From Candidatus Binatia bacterium (GTDB lineage Bacteria > Desulfobacterota > Binatia > Bin18): a DNA stretch of 64,000 bases. Every line of letters begins with the position of its first letter. Position 1 is the first letter of the stretch. The stretch is from the NCBI GenBank assembly GCA_963664395.2, contig OY761159.2:1664001-1728000 (forward strand). Direction: 5' to 3'. A program made the position numbers and the translations under genes. This document shows positions 1 through 9,283 of the stretch, one piece after another. The notes below the pieces were generated by a model. The model saw only the letters and a list, made by a program, of their open reading frames with translations, was not told the DNA's origin and made no database searches.

Positions 1-1
1 C

Positions 2-610
2 AAACCGGATGGCTATCGTGCACTCCATCTCGTCGTTGAACTAAAGAGCCACTATAAACGCTCGGTTTATCCAGGCCGTGTTGAGGTGCAGATTCAAACC
101 GTATTCGCTCACGCATTCAACTTTCTCTCTCGGGCATGGCGCTACAAGCAGCAGCCGGTTCCATCCAGCATATGGCATGAGTATTTTACAAGTCTGTCAA
201 AAAACTTATCCATTATCGAAGGATCAGCCAGCCAATTATACGATCAAATCGCTGAAATCAGAACGAGCGAGAATGAAGAGTCACTAACGCCACATTCTCT
301 TCAATTACTGACAAACCAGGAATTCGAGGAGAATATGGAATTAGAAGCTGCTGTGGATTTGTGTCGAAATTATAGGGATATGGGCTATAAAACTAATGGC
401 CAGATTAGAGATCTCTATCGGAACAAGGAAATTGATCAACTATATAAAAAGGCTTTGTCGAATCGTACAAACAATGGATTCGCTAGATACCTTGCTGATA
501 TGAGCCGATCTAATTTCTGGCATATGTTTGGGACACGTATTATAAATTCTCCTGAGAATCTTCAGTCGATTGAGCAGACTATTCAGAGGCGTGATAATGA
601 GACAACTTGA
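2..610 (+). CDS. RelA/SpoT (p)ppGpp synthetase-domain protein (SAS-like), 5' truncated by window edge
   Basis: The frame of ORF 86..610 is open back to base 2 and reads KPDGYRALHLVV...GRVEVQIQTVFAHAF, matching RelA/SpoT motifs GYxSLH and ExQIRTxxxHxW. Visibly more AT-rich than its neighbours. Confidence 0.8.
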   Translation, partial: KPDGYRALHLVVELKSHYKRSVYPGRVEVQIQTVFAHAFNFLSRAWRYKQQPVPSSIWHEYFTSLSKNLSIIEGSASQLYDQIAEIRTSENEESLTPHSLQLLTNQEFEENMELEAAVDLCRNYRDMGYKTNGQIRDLYRNKEIDQLYKKALSNRTNNGFARYLADMSRSNFWHMFGTRIINSPENLQSIEQTIQRRDNETT

Positions 611-629
611 CCGCTTCTAGTCCCATAAG

Positions 630-653
630 TCGGATTAGCGGAGAGGAATCCGA
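630..653. repeat. REP-like palindrome / possible terminator
   Basis: Inverted repeat TCGGATT-N10-AATCCGA just after the stop codon. Confidence 0.4.
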
Positions 654-709
654 TAGCTCCCCTGGTATACATTCCGATATGAGACAGTGACACAGGCGAA
701 GGAGCCCAG

Positions 710-1639
710 GTGTTACCACCGTTATTCACATCAGACTACTTGTCCCGGCTCGAAACATTACGCATTCAGACCAGACGCCGCTTTCTTGGTAGCCGTCCGG
801 GTGGCCATCTTTCGCTGCGCCGTGGTGCGGGACTCGAATTTGCCGATTATCGCCGTTACTCCCCCGGCGATGACCTGCGCTATATTGACTGGAATCTGTA
901 CGGCCGCACCGACCGTCTCTATATTAAGCAGTTTCAAGAAGAAGAGGAGCTCTATACCTCGCTCTTCCTGGATAGCAGCGCCTCTATGGCTTACCCCGCT
1001 CAAGACGGGAAATCCGAAGCCGCGCGAGATATCATTTTATCGCTCGCCCACGTTGTGCTGGCCGGCAGCGATGCCGTCAAGCTCTCTCTCTTGGGCGCTG
1101 CGACGCCACAATCCGCCCCAGCGACAACGCCGTTCTTTCGAGGTCGCCAGCGGTTGGTCAATTTTGCGGAATTTCTCGCCGGTTACATTCGGAGTGTGGG
1201 CTTCCAGCCTGCAAATAATCGCGGCCACGTCAACGTCGTTCAATCTCTTGCGCGGCAGTTGCAGCAGTCCCACCATCCGGGCAAGGCGGTTTGGGTTTCT
1301 GACTTTTTATTTCCCCTGCCTGATGTCCGCGCCGGACTGAGTCTTTTACGCGGTGCAGGCTTTGACCTGGCGGTTATTCAGATTCTCGGACATGAGGAAA
1401 TTGACCCGCCGACCTTTCCAGGCGGAGCCCGGCTGACGGACAGTGAAAGTGGAGAGGAAAGCCTGGTCTACTTCGACGACCACGCCAAACAGACCTATAT
1501 GCAACGCCTGGACCGACACAATCGAGAATTGCAGAGTTCCTGTCATCAGGCTGGTGTACACTATGCACGTTTTATAACCCATCAAGACTTGCCCTACTTT
1601 GTTTTACGCGAGCTGCCGGAGCTGGGGCTCTTGATGTAG
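710..1639 (+). CDS. DUF58 domain protein (MoxR-associated)
   Basis: GxGLEFADYRRYSPGDDLRYIDWN and LDSSASM motifs. Confidence 0.93.
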   Translation: MLPPLFTSDYLSRLETLRIQTRRRFLGSRPGGHLSLRRGAGLEFADYRRYSPGDDLRYIDWNLYGRTDRLYIKQFQEEEELYTSLFLDSSASMAYPAQDGKSEAARDIILSLAHVVLAGSDAVKLSLLGAATPQSAPATTPFFRGRQRLVNFAEFLAGYIRSVGFQPANNRGHVNVVQSLARQLQQSHHPGKAVWVSDFLFPLPDVRAGLSLLRGAGFDLAVIQILGHEEIDPPTFPGGARLTDSESGEESLVYFDDHAKQTYMQRLDRHNRELQSSCHQAGVHYARFITHQDLPYFVLRELPELGLLM

Positions 1640-1654
1640 TACCGTGCAGTAGTT

Positions 1655-3631
1655 TTGAGTCTCATGCATTTCAGTTTTCTTTCCCCTGCCGCATTTTCCC
1701 TCCTGTTCGCGCTGCCCCTGCTGCTTTTGCCCTATCTGCTCCGGCGGCGACACAAACGTCTGGTCGTTCCGGCTCTCTTTCTATACCAGGGCATGTCTTC
1801 CCCGGTCCGGCGCCGCCTGTGGGGCAGAATCCGGCTTTCTCCGCTCTTTTTGCTTCAACTCCTCATTCTCTTGTTGTTGGTTGCCATTGCGGCCCGTCCG
1901 GTCTTGAGACACGCCAGAGCTGAAAAAATAGCGCTCGTGCTCGACACCTCGGCAAGTATGCAGGCGCGCGCGCCTTCGGGCCAAGCATCACTTTTTGAGG
2001 CAGCAAAAGATACAATTCACCGGGAACTGACGGCTGTCCCGGCCCAGAGCCGCCTCAGCATCTTCACCACCAATCCACTCGGAGCGTTATCTGAAGAACT
2101 GCTCGACCACCTCGTCGATTCGGCTGGAGAGCCCATCACGGCCGGTTCTGATATTCAGGCCATGTGGGATCAGATTATTGTCAGTGATGCACCCGACCCG
2201 AGTGATGAAGCGCTCTCTGTCTTTTTTGCTCAGCTCTTACGCGAGCAAGACTTTGCGCGCGTCTTCTTTGTGACCGATCGTCCGGTCACGCAGTCCATTG
2301 ACGGGCAGACGCTCGGGCCGGCACTCCGGGTGGTGACGCTGGGCACTTCCCGGCCAAATATTGGAATACGCGCGTTTCGCTTGTACCGGAGCCCATTCTT
2401 TCCGGATGAGATTCAAGCCACGGTCGGCATACATGCTCACGCAGGCGGCCTGCCCCAAATCGGGCAGGGTGGCATCCAGGTTGTCATTGAAGACGGCCAG
2501 ACCAAGCAGCGTTTTGCCGTACAACAGGCAAAAGAGCCGACCCAGCCCACGTTCTCCTTTTCACAGCTCCCGCTCACGACCACCTACCGAGCCCGGATTC
2601 TTTTTGGGGAACAGGAAGAGGCAGGCGGAGCGCGCGGAGGAGCCGACATCGAAGACAGTCTGGCAGTAGACAACGAAGCCTACGCCGTTCTTCCGCCCCT
2701 TGAGGATATTTCCGTCCTACTCGTCACCCCAACGCCCGAGGTCGGAGACAGTCTTGCTCAGATACCAAACGTCAAGTTGACACGCATGACCCCCCAGGAC
2801 TATGACCCCGCTGACGTGACGCACGCGTCCGAGTTTATGTGCATGCTCTTTCACCTCACTGCCCCTGAAGCGCTGCCGCCGACGCCGGCGGCCTTTTTTC
2901 TGCCGCCGGACGGTAATTCCCTTTTCTCGTTGGGACAGAGCGCGCAGCAGCCCCAGCTCACCCACTGGACCCATGGCCATCCCCTGACCGCGTATTTGAC
3001 CGTTCCTTTACTCACCCCGGCCTATGCCCAATCCATCCACCCCTCTGTGTGGAATACACCAATTATCGAGAGTACGGTTGGCCCGCTCCTGTTGGCTGGA
3101 GAACGCACAGGGACACGCTACGTTGTGACGGGATTCGACCTCTTGCCGTACCTGGGAGCCCGCAACCTGCCGGTGTCCATTTTGACCCTGAATATTCTGG
3201 CCTGGCTCTCGGACCGGGCTGAGCGGCCGGGTCTGTATAAAACAGGGGCAGTGCTGAGCCCGCAGTCACACCCGGCCGGTACAACAAGTCCAACAGACCC
3301 AGCCCTGTACGTTCGTTTTCCTCAGCAGACACACTTTCAACCCGTTGAGCGGGCTCTCTCATTGGACCGGCAAGGGGTGTATACTGTTCGTGAAAATGGC
3401 CTGGAACGTCTCATGGCCGTCAATCTCTTGAGCTTGGAAGAGACTGACTTGGGCAGGCCGCTGTCCTTGGTTCTTGAAGAGGCTGCCGGACAGTCTCCGC
3501 AGGCGCAGACAGACAGCGTGAGCCGAACACACGAACAGCCTGTCTGGCCGTGGCTCCTGCTCGCCGTATTCATCCTATGCAGTCTGGAGTGGTGGTGGGT
3601 CGCTCGAAAAAGAAATGAGAGCAGCCTGTAG
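1655..3631 (+). CDS. BatA N-terminal / vWA domain membrane protein
   Basis: N-terminal BatA-like double TM (FLSPAAF...RRRHK), MIDAS-like DTSASM, C-terminal TM WPWLL...LEWW. Confidence 0.85.
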   Translation: MSLMHFSFLSPAAFSLLFALPLLLLPYLLRRRHKRLVVPALFLYQGMSSPVRRRLWGRIRLSPLFLLQLLILLLLVAIAARPVLRHARAEKIALVLDTSASMQARAPSGQASLFEAAKDTIHRELTAVPAQSRLSIFTTNPLGALSEELLDHLVDSAGEPITAGSDIQAMWDQIIVSDAPDPSDEALSVFFAQLLREQDFARVFFVTDRPVTQSIDGQTLGPALRVVTLGTSRPNIGIRAFRLYRSPFFPDEIQATVGIHAHAGGLPQIGQGGIQVVIEDGQTKQRFAVQQAKEPTQPTFSFSQLPLTTTYRARILFGEQEEAGGARGGADIEDSLAVDNEAYAVLPPLEDISVLLVTPTPEVGDSLAQIPNVKLTRMTPQDYDPADVTHASEFMCMLFHLTAPEALPPTPAAFFLPPDGNSLFSLGQSAQQPQLTHWTHGHPLTAYLTVPLLTPAYAQSIHPSVWNTPIIESTVGPLLLAGERTGTRYVVTGFDLLPYLGARNLPVSILTLNILAWLSDRAERPGLYKTGAVLSPQSHPAGTTSPTDPALYVRFPQQTHFQPVERALSLDRQGVYTVRENGLERLMAVNLLSLEETDLGRPLSLVLEEAAGQSPQAQTDSVSRTHEQPVWPWLLLAVFILCSLEWWWVARKRNESSL

Positions 3632-6246
3632 TGTTGCGAATGTCGTTTATGGAAGGCCTGACGCTGCTGACCGATCTTCTGCCTCCAGTGGAGTGGAGCC
3701 GGCCGACTCTTCTGTACGGGCTTGTCGTGACGCCCTTCTTCCTCTTGTTGCAGCGCTTTGTTTTCCGCCAGCGGCCTTCGTTTTCCAGTCTGGTGCTCCG
3801 TGGGCTTTTCCTGATAGTCCTCATCCTCGCCGCCGCAGCCCCCTCTACCCGAGGCAGACAGCAAGCCGTTCCTCCCCTCTTGGTCCTCGATGTCTCAGAC
3901 AGCATGACCGTCACCCAACGGCAGTGGATACAGCAGACGATTACGGACCACATACGGCCGGCTCCGGACACCCCAGTCGTTCTCTTTGGTGGCGGCAACC
4001 AGCGGGTAGCCTGGCAAGACGCCCCTCCCTTTTTGGCGGCCCCTCCAGAGGGAGTACAGCCTGAAGAGACCAATATTGAGGCTGCTCTGAGCCACCTTTT
4101 GGAAGAATTGCAGCCCCGGCATGTCTATGTCTTCAGCGATGGGTGGGAAACACAGGGAACAGCGACCGGCCTGCTCCCGGCGCTGGCCAAGCAGGGTCTC
4201 CGCCTGTACCCATTTCCCCCACCGCCGGAAGAACGCGCACCCAATATCGCGCTACGGCGTCTTGGCGCACCGCAGTCTACCTCGGGTGCAGAAGACGTTG
4301 AAATTACGATTGCGTTGGAGAACACGGATATTCGACCCGTACGGGGTACGCTGACGCTCCGCGAGCGCGACAGCGTCGTGTGGCAGCAGGAAACCGAGCT
4401 CCGCCCAGGAGCCTCTCTGCTCACCCATGCGCTGCGGTTATCCGGCAGTGGCCTCGTTCCCCTGCATGCGATATTCGTCCCACAGCCTGAGGCAGCCGAC
4501 GCCATTCCTGACGACAACCAGGCAACCGCGTGGATACAGGTTGCGCCGACATCGCGCGTCTTGCTGCTCAGCGCAACGACGCGAGACAACCGCTATCTCG
4601 AACGTGCCTTAACGAGTCACGGACTCGCGGTCACGGCGCTTGCGCTGCATGCCACGCCAGCCTCGACACCTGCCCCGATACCGGCGCTGAATACCTTTAC
4701 CGCAGTGATTCTCAATAACGTTGCTCACCAACAGCTCCCGGCAGCTTTTGGGCGAGGGCTGGACGCCTATGTCAAAAATGGCGGCGGACTTGTCATGGTC
4801 GGGGGAGAAAAAAGCCTGGGTCTGGGCCACTACGCCGGCACGGCAATTGAGAAAATCCTCCCCGTGCAGGTCATCCCTCCCCAAAAAGAAGAGGAGCGGA
4901 CGGCCATGCTGCTGATCATTGATAAATCCGGCAGTATGCGTAAACAGAATAAACTGTTGTACGCGAAATTGGGCGCCCGGGCGGTTGCCCGCAACCTCAC
5001 GGATACGGACCTGTTTGGGGTGATCGGTTTTGACAAAATCCCGTTTGTGGTTGCCCCCCTCGACTATTTAGGCAAAACACGGGCCCGGCTTGATGACCGG
5101 ATTGGGCGCTTAAAGCCGTCCGGAGGCACCCTGCTACTGCCTGCCCTCCAAGAGGCCAAACGCCAGTTGGAGCGTCAGTATGCAACCCGCAAGCACATTG
5201 TGATCCTGACCGACGGCGAGACTGGTGGAAGCGGGAGCGACTATCTGGACCTTGCCTCAGTCCTTCACAACGAACTCAAGATCACGATTTCAACTATTGC
5301 CGTGGGCGAGCAACCAAACCTGCGGCTGTTATCCCGTTTGGCAGACTACGGTGGAGGAGCATTTTACCACACCACTGACCCGTCTGCCCTGCCCGACCTG
5401 TTTCTCGACGAGCTGGAAGAGAAACCGGAAGAAAAAACTATGGTTGAACGGCACCTGGACCCCATTCCGAACCGAGACTCTCCCCTGCTCAAAGAGTTGG
5501 CGCACCAGCAACTGCCGGCGGTGAAAGGCTATGTGCAAACCAGACTCAAAAAGGGGGCCCGGGCGGACTTGTCAGTGCGGGATGAGGGCAAGCAGCCACC
5601 CCTTTTAGCCTCCTGGTCCTACGGCCAAGGCAGAGCCGCGGCGTTTACCTCAGATGCCAACGGCCGCTGGTCAGCGCCGTGGGTACGCTGGGAGCGGTAC
5701 AGTCAGTTCTGGAATCAAACCGTCCGCTGGAGTTTTACACAAAATGAGCAAAATGGGCCGCACGCTTCCCCGTTTTCCGTTGAGGTCGGGCATACCGAGA
5801 CGGGGCTGCTGGTTGAGGTCTTTTTCTATGGGCCGAAAGAGTCAGACCAACTTGGCGCAACGCTCACCGCAACACTCACCGCACCGGGTGGGCTGACCAC
5901 CCGCCTGCTCTTTGAACGCCTGGCGCCCGGCCACTATCAAGGCAAGCATGACACCCGCCTGCCAGGCGACTATACCCTTGATGTCGTCCTTCCCAGCGGT
6001 GAGCGGCGTGGCCCCTTCGGCTATACTCTGCCTCGCCTCCGACCCCGTGAAGCCCCTCAACCCCGGCCCAATCTGCGCTTATTGGAAACGCTGGCAGGGG
6101 CAACGGGCGGCGTGCTGAATCCGGAGTTGGCAACGCTCAGCCCGCCGCTTGGACCGGCCGCGCAGCAGCCGCTCTGGCCTTACCTCATACCACTTGCCAT
6201 GACACTCTATCTTATGGAGCTCGTTATACGTCGGCTCACGGGCTAG
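3631..6246 (+). CDS. vWA + glutamine amidotransferase-like domain membrane protein
   Basis: Two vWA motifs (DVSDSM; DKSGSM...LTDG), GGGLVMVGG segment, YGQGRAAAFTSD, terminal TM helices. Confidence 0.85.
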   Translation: MLRMSFMEGLTLLTDLLPPVEWSRPTLLYGLVVTPFFLLLQRFVFRQRPSFSSLVLRGLFLIVLILAAAAPSTRGRQQAVPPLLVLDVSDSMTVTQRQWIQQTITDHIRPAPDTPVVLFGGGNQRVAWQDAPPFLAAPPEGVQPEETNIEAALSHLLEELQPRHVYVFSDGWETQGTATGLLPALAKQGLRLYPFPPPPEERAPNIALRRLGAPQSTSGAEDVEITIALENTDIRPVRGTLTLRERDSVVWQQETELRPGASLLTHALRLSGSGLVPLHAIFVPQPEAADAIPDDNQATAWIQVAPTSRVLLLSATTRDNRYLERALTSHGLAVTALALHATPASTPAPIPALNTFTAVILNNVAHQQLPAAFGRGLDAYVKNGGGLVMVGGEKSLGLGHYAGTAIEKILPVQVIPPQKEEERTAMLLIIDKSGSMRKQNKLLYAKLGARAVARNLTDTDLFGVIGFDKIPFVVAPLDYLGKTRARLDDRIGRLKPSGGTLLLPALQEAKRQLERQYATRKHIVILTDGETGGSGSDYLDLASVLHNELKITISTIAVGEQPNLRLLSRLADYGGGAFYHTTDPSALPDLFLDELEEKPEEKTMVERHLDPIPNRDSPLLKELAHQQLPAVKGYVQTRLKKGARADLSVRDEGKQPPLLASWSYGQGRAAAFTSDANGRWSAPWVRWERYSQFWNQTVRWSFTQNEQNGPHASPFSVEVGHTETGLLVEVFFYGPKESDQLGATLTATLTAPGGLTTRLLFERLAPGHYQGKHDTRLPGDYTLDVVLPSGERRGPFGYTLPRLRPREAPQPRPNLRLLETLAGATGGVLNPELATLSPPLGPAAQQPLWPYLIPLAMTLYLMELVIRRLTG

Positions 6247-6399
6247 GCTCTGCCCCGCTTGCCCAGGGATGTCCGTCCTGGTATGGCGGGCGGAAGGACT
6301 GAAATGAGTAAACGCGCCCTCAACAGACATGCAGATATTGGCACGTTTACTCATTTGCCTCGACCGTGGTCTGAGGATTCTGAGGGGCTGGGAGAATAG

Positions 6400-7011
6400 A
6401 TGGTACATCTCGTACTCCTTCGGCATGGCCAATCACAGTGGAACTTGGAAAACCGCTTTACCGGCTGGGTCGACGTGGCCCTGACGGAAAAGGGCGAGGA
6501 AGAGGCTCGGCAAGCCGGAGAAAAGATGAAAGCCGCCGGCCTGCACTTCGATACAACATTCACCTCAGTGCTGCAGCGTGCCATCCGAACACTCGAGTTG
6601 GCCTTAGAGGTGCTCGGGCAACCACAGCTTCCCCTTGAACAGGATCAGGCACTCAACGAACGCCATTACGGCGACCTGCAGGGACTCAATAAAGCCGAAA
6701 CCGCCAAGAAGTTTGGCGACGAGCAAGTGCGACTCTGGCGACGGAGCTATGATATTGCCCCGCCGGGCGGGGAAAGTCTGGAAAATACGGCAGCGCGGAC
6801 CCTCCCCTATTTGAAAGACAGGATTCTCCCAACGGTTCAATCCGGCCAGAACGTGTTGGTTGCCGCGCATGGCAACAGCTTGCGTTCCATCATCATGCAC
6901 CTCGATCAGTTAAACCGAGATGCAGTCGTCAGTCTTGAATTGGGAACCGGCGTCCCTGTGGTGTACGATATTGACGCTGAGGGAAACGTCCAGTCAAAGG
7001 AGATTTTGTAA
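6400..7011 (+). CDS. gpmA: 2,3-bisphosphoglycerate-dependent phosphoglycerate mutase
   Basis: LRHGQSQWNLENRFTGWVD, LNERHYGDLQG, AAHGNSLR. Confidence 0.95.
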   Translation: MVHLVLLRHGQSQWNLENRFTGWVDVALTEKGEEEARQAGEKMKAAGLHFDTTFTSVLQRAIRTLELALEVLGQPQLPLEQDQALNERHYGDLQGLNKAETAKKFGDEQVRLWRRSYDIAPPGGESLENTAARTLPYLKDRILPTVQSGQNVLVAAHGNSLRSIIMHLDQLNRDAVVSLELGTGVPVVYDIDAEGNVQSKEIL

Positions 7012-7019
7012 GACCGCGG

Positions 7020-7499
7020 CTACTGCGGGGCCAGGGAACGATATTTCCCCTGATAAAAGAGGAGCGGGTCGCCCGGTGACGTGACGAGCTTCTGAACCTC
7101 GCCAACATAAATCGTGTGATCTCCCCCCTCGTAAGCGTGGGCGACCGTGCACTCAAAATGCGCCAGCGCTCCATCGAGCAGGGCAACACCGAGTTCCCCG
7201 ACGCTATAGGATAAGCCCTCAAACTTCTCAATCCCTTTTGTCGCAAAACGAGTGGACAGCTCCTCTTGCCCCAGACTCAGGAAGTTGACGGCGAAGACCT
7301 TGGACTCCTCGAAACAATTGTAGCAATCTACGCCTTTATCAACACAGATTAAAAGCAGCGGCGGGTCCAGAGACAGCGAACTAAACGCATTTGCGGTGAG
7401 GCCAAACGGCTTGCCTGCGGTATCCTTCGTCGTGATGACGGTCACCCCGGTTGCAAACAACCCCATTGCGTTTCGCAAGTCTCGCCCATCAATTGCCAT
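7020..7499 (-). CDS. Flavin reductase family protein
   Basis: FATGVTVIT, SLSLDPPL, GDHTIYVGEV. Confidence 0.93.
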   Translation of the reverse strand: MAIDGRDLRNAMGLFATGVTVITTKDTAGKPFGLTANAFSSLSLDPPLLLICVDKGVDCYNCFEESKVFAVNFLSLGQEELSTRFATKGIEKFEGLSYSVGELGVALLDGALAHFECTVAHAYEGGDHTIYVGEVQKLVTSPGDPLLFYQGKYRSLAPQ

Positions 7500-7523
7500 A
7501 CTGCCTCCCCGATAGGTAAAGTA

Positions 7524-7542
7524 GTTTCAAACCCGCCCCTAC
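7524..7542. repeat. Half of a GTAG-type REP-like element
   Basis: GTTTCAAACCCGCCCCTAC (reverse complement GTAGGGGCGGGTTTGAAAC); the left arm is degenerate. Confidence 0.45.
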
Positions 7543-7599
7543 GACAGCTACCAGAGCGTCTCCCAGGCTGTCAATTGCTCGGCGCGTTGAGCGCGGGCA

Positions 7600-8721
7600 T
7601 TACTGATTCGCAGCCCCATGTCCCAGATTCGGTAGAGTCAGTGACCGAGCGACATCCTTGTCACATCCTGGAGCGCGGCCAAATACTTTTTGCCACACCG
7701 GCGCGGTTTCCATGCACATATACACCGGGACCTGGGGAGCAAGGGTGTTCAGCTGGGCGGTTAAGGTACGGTACATCTTGACGCGCAAGGCTTGAAAGGT
7801 GCGCCATTTGCCGTCCTTACAGACAACCTGCTCACCAGATAAGAGACGGGTGCGGGGGAAGCGGTGGCGCATGGCTTTCCGTAGGGTCGGGGTTATGCGT
7901 AAGCTGCCGAAACTGACCCAGGCGACACCCCGTGGATCAATGGCGCTAAAGACCTGCTCCATTGTCTGCTGATAATCCGTCTCCCACCCGGGATACTCGA
8001 TGAGGGGATCAAAGTGAAAACCCACTTTATAGCCAGCCTGCTGGACACGCCGGGCTGCACGTAAGCGCTCGGCAAACGACGCCGTGCCGTGCTCTTCCGT
8101 ATCTGCAATAGCTGGCGGAGTCAGGGTCCAAGACACCACGACGCGCCCGTGTGACGTGAGCGTGAGCAGATTGTCGATACAGTCGCTTTTCGTTTTGAGT
8201 TCCAGCAGGACGTTTTTCCGAGCGGCGAAAAACGGCACGAGGTCTGCCGAGAAACCTAAAAGAGCATCCAAGGCCAAGCTATCTGATAATTCACCGGTGC
8301 CGATACGAAACTGTCGCCACGGCTGACGATCGACGACTTTTGCCACTTCACCCAGCAGGTCGTCACTGTTCGTGAAGACTGTAAGCGTGGGATTATTGGC
8401 AAGATAGTCTTGTAAAAAACAATAGCTACAGTCCATCGGGCAGTTAGAGATCAGGCTGACGACAAGATAGTTGCAGCAGACCAGCCCGGGGGTTCCGGCT
8501 GGACAATGTTCGAGAAATTGTGCGCGTTGGCGGGTAAAAAACATGCGACGCTTGCCGACCCCAAACGGATCTTTTCCCTCTGGACGCACTTCCTTCTGTT
8601 CCCAATCTTTTTCAACAATGCGGACAGGCGTCTCCGGCAGCTTGGCTAACGCCCGTTGAACGACCGGAGCATCTTCCTCGCCGCGTTCGATGAGAATTTC
8701 AGTCGGTTGATACGTCAGCAT
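7600..8721 (-). CDS. Spore photoproduct lyase-like radical SAM protein (SplB family, non-canonical active site)
   Basis: CPMDCSYC cluster motif; GELSDS, ELKTK, EHGTAS..ERL, GFHFDP are collinear with SplB. Start placed at ATG 8721, just after the upstream gene's stop. Confidence 0.85.
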   Translation of the reverse strand: MLTYQPTEILIERGEEDAPVVQRALAKLPETPVRIVEKDWEQKEVRPEGKDPFGVGKRRMFFTRQRAQFLEHCPAGTPGLVCCNYLVVSLISNCPMDCSYCFLQDYLANNPTLTVFTNSDDLLGEVAKVVDRQPWRQFRIGTGELSDSLALDALLGFSADLVPFFAARKNVLLELKTKSDCIDNLLTLTSHGRVVVSWTLTPPAIADTEEHGTASFAERLRAARRVQQAGYKVGFHFDPLIEYPGWETDYQQTMEQVFSAIDPRGVAWVSFGSLRITPTLRKAMRHRFPRTRLLSGEQVVCKDGKWRTFQALRVKMYRTLTAQLNTLAPQVPVYMCMETAPVWQKVFGRAPGCDKDVARSLTLPNLGHGAANQ

Positions 8722-8728
8722 ACGTCGG

Positions 8729-9283
8729 TTACACCTCATCCAGAGCGTCAAACACGCGCTGCCAGCGACCATCCTTGAGCCGCTGCTGAAGCTGCGAGAG
8801 ACGGTCTTGGAGTTCGTGAACATTTCTTGCCGTCAGTGTGACGGTCACCTCATCTCCTTCAAGGTCCGGCGGGAAAGATACCTGGACTGGCCTGCCCAAG
8901 TCGAGGGCCTTGACCGCTTGGCGGATATTTTCCTCCAGCCGTGTCAGACGTGGGTAGCGTCTCTTGCGCAACACCGCTTTGACCGCTTTGAGCTTGTCGT
9001 TGCGCGCCCCCGGTGTTGTCCGTGCTCTCCGGAGTGCTCTCTGTTCGAGAATGTCGGCAATGGCCTCCCCATCACGCACAGCAATCTCCTCTAACCAATC
9101 GAGCAAGTCCTTGAGGTGATTCTCACTGCATTGGAGGTCTTGCAGCAGGGAGAACAGAGCGGCCTGGTCTGCGGCTTGCCACGCCTGCCAGCGTGCCAGC
9201 GTCGTCAGGCTCAAACGTTTGCGCTGGGCATAGGCCGCAATCTGTTGAGCGGGCTGTTTCTCCTGCTCATGCAGTGTAGCCAT
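8729..9283 (-). CDS. Hypothetical alpha-helical protein (possibly related to C-terminal parts of ParB-like proteins)
   Basis: GGAGG RBS before ATG 9283; contains RYPRL...FPPDLEG; coupled to both neighbours. The ParB link is from recall only. Confidence 0.65.
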   Translation of the reverse strand: MATLHEQEKQPAQQIAAYAQRKRLSLTTLARWQAWQAADQAALFSLLQDLQCSENHLKDLLDWLEEIAVRDGEAIADILEQRALRRARTTPGARNDKLKAVKAVLRKRRYPRLTRLEENIRQAVKALDLGRPVQVSFPPDLEGDEVTVTLTARNVHELQDRLSQLQQRLKDGRWQRVFDALDEV

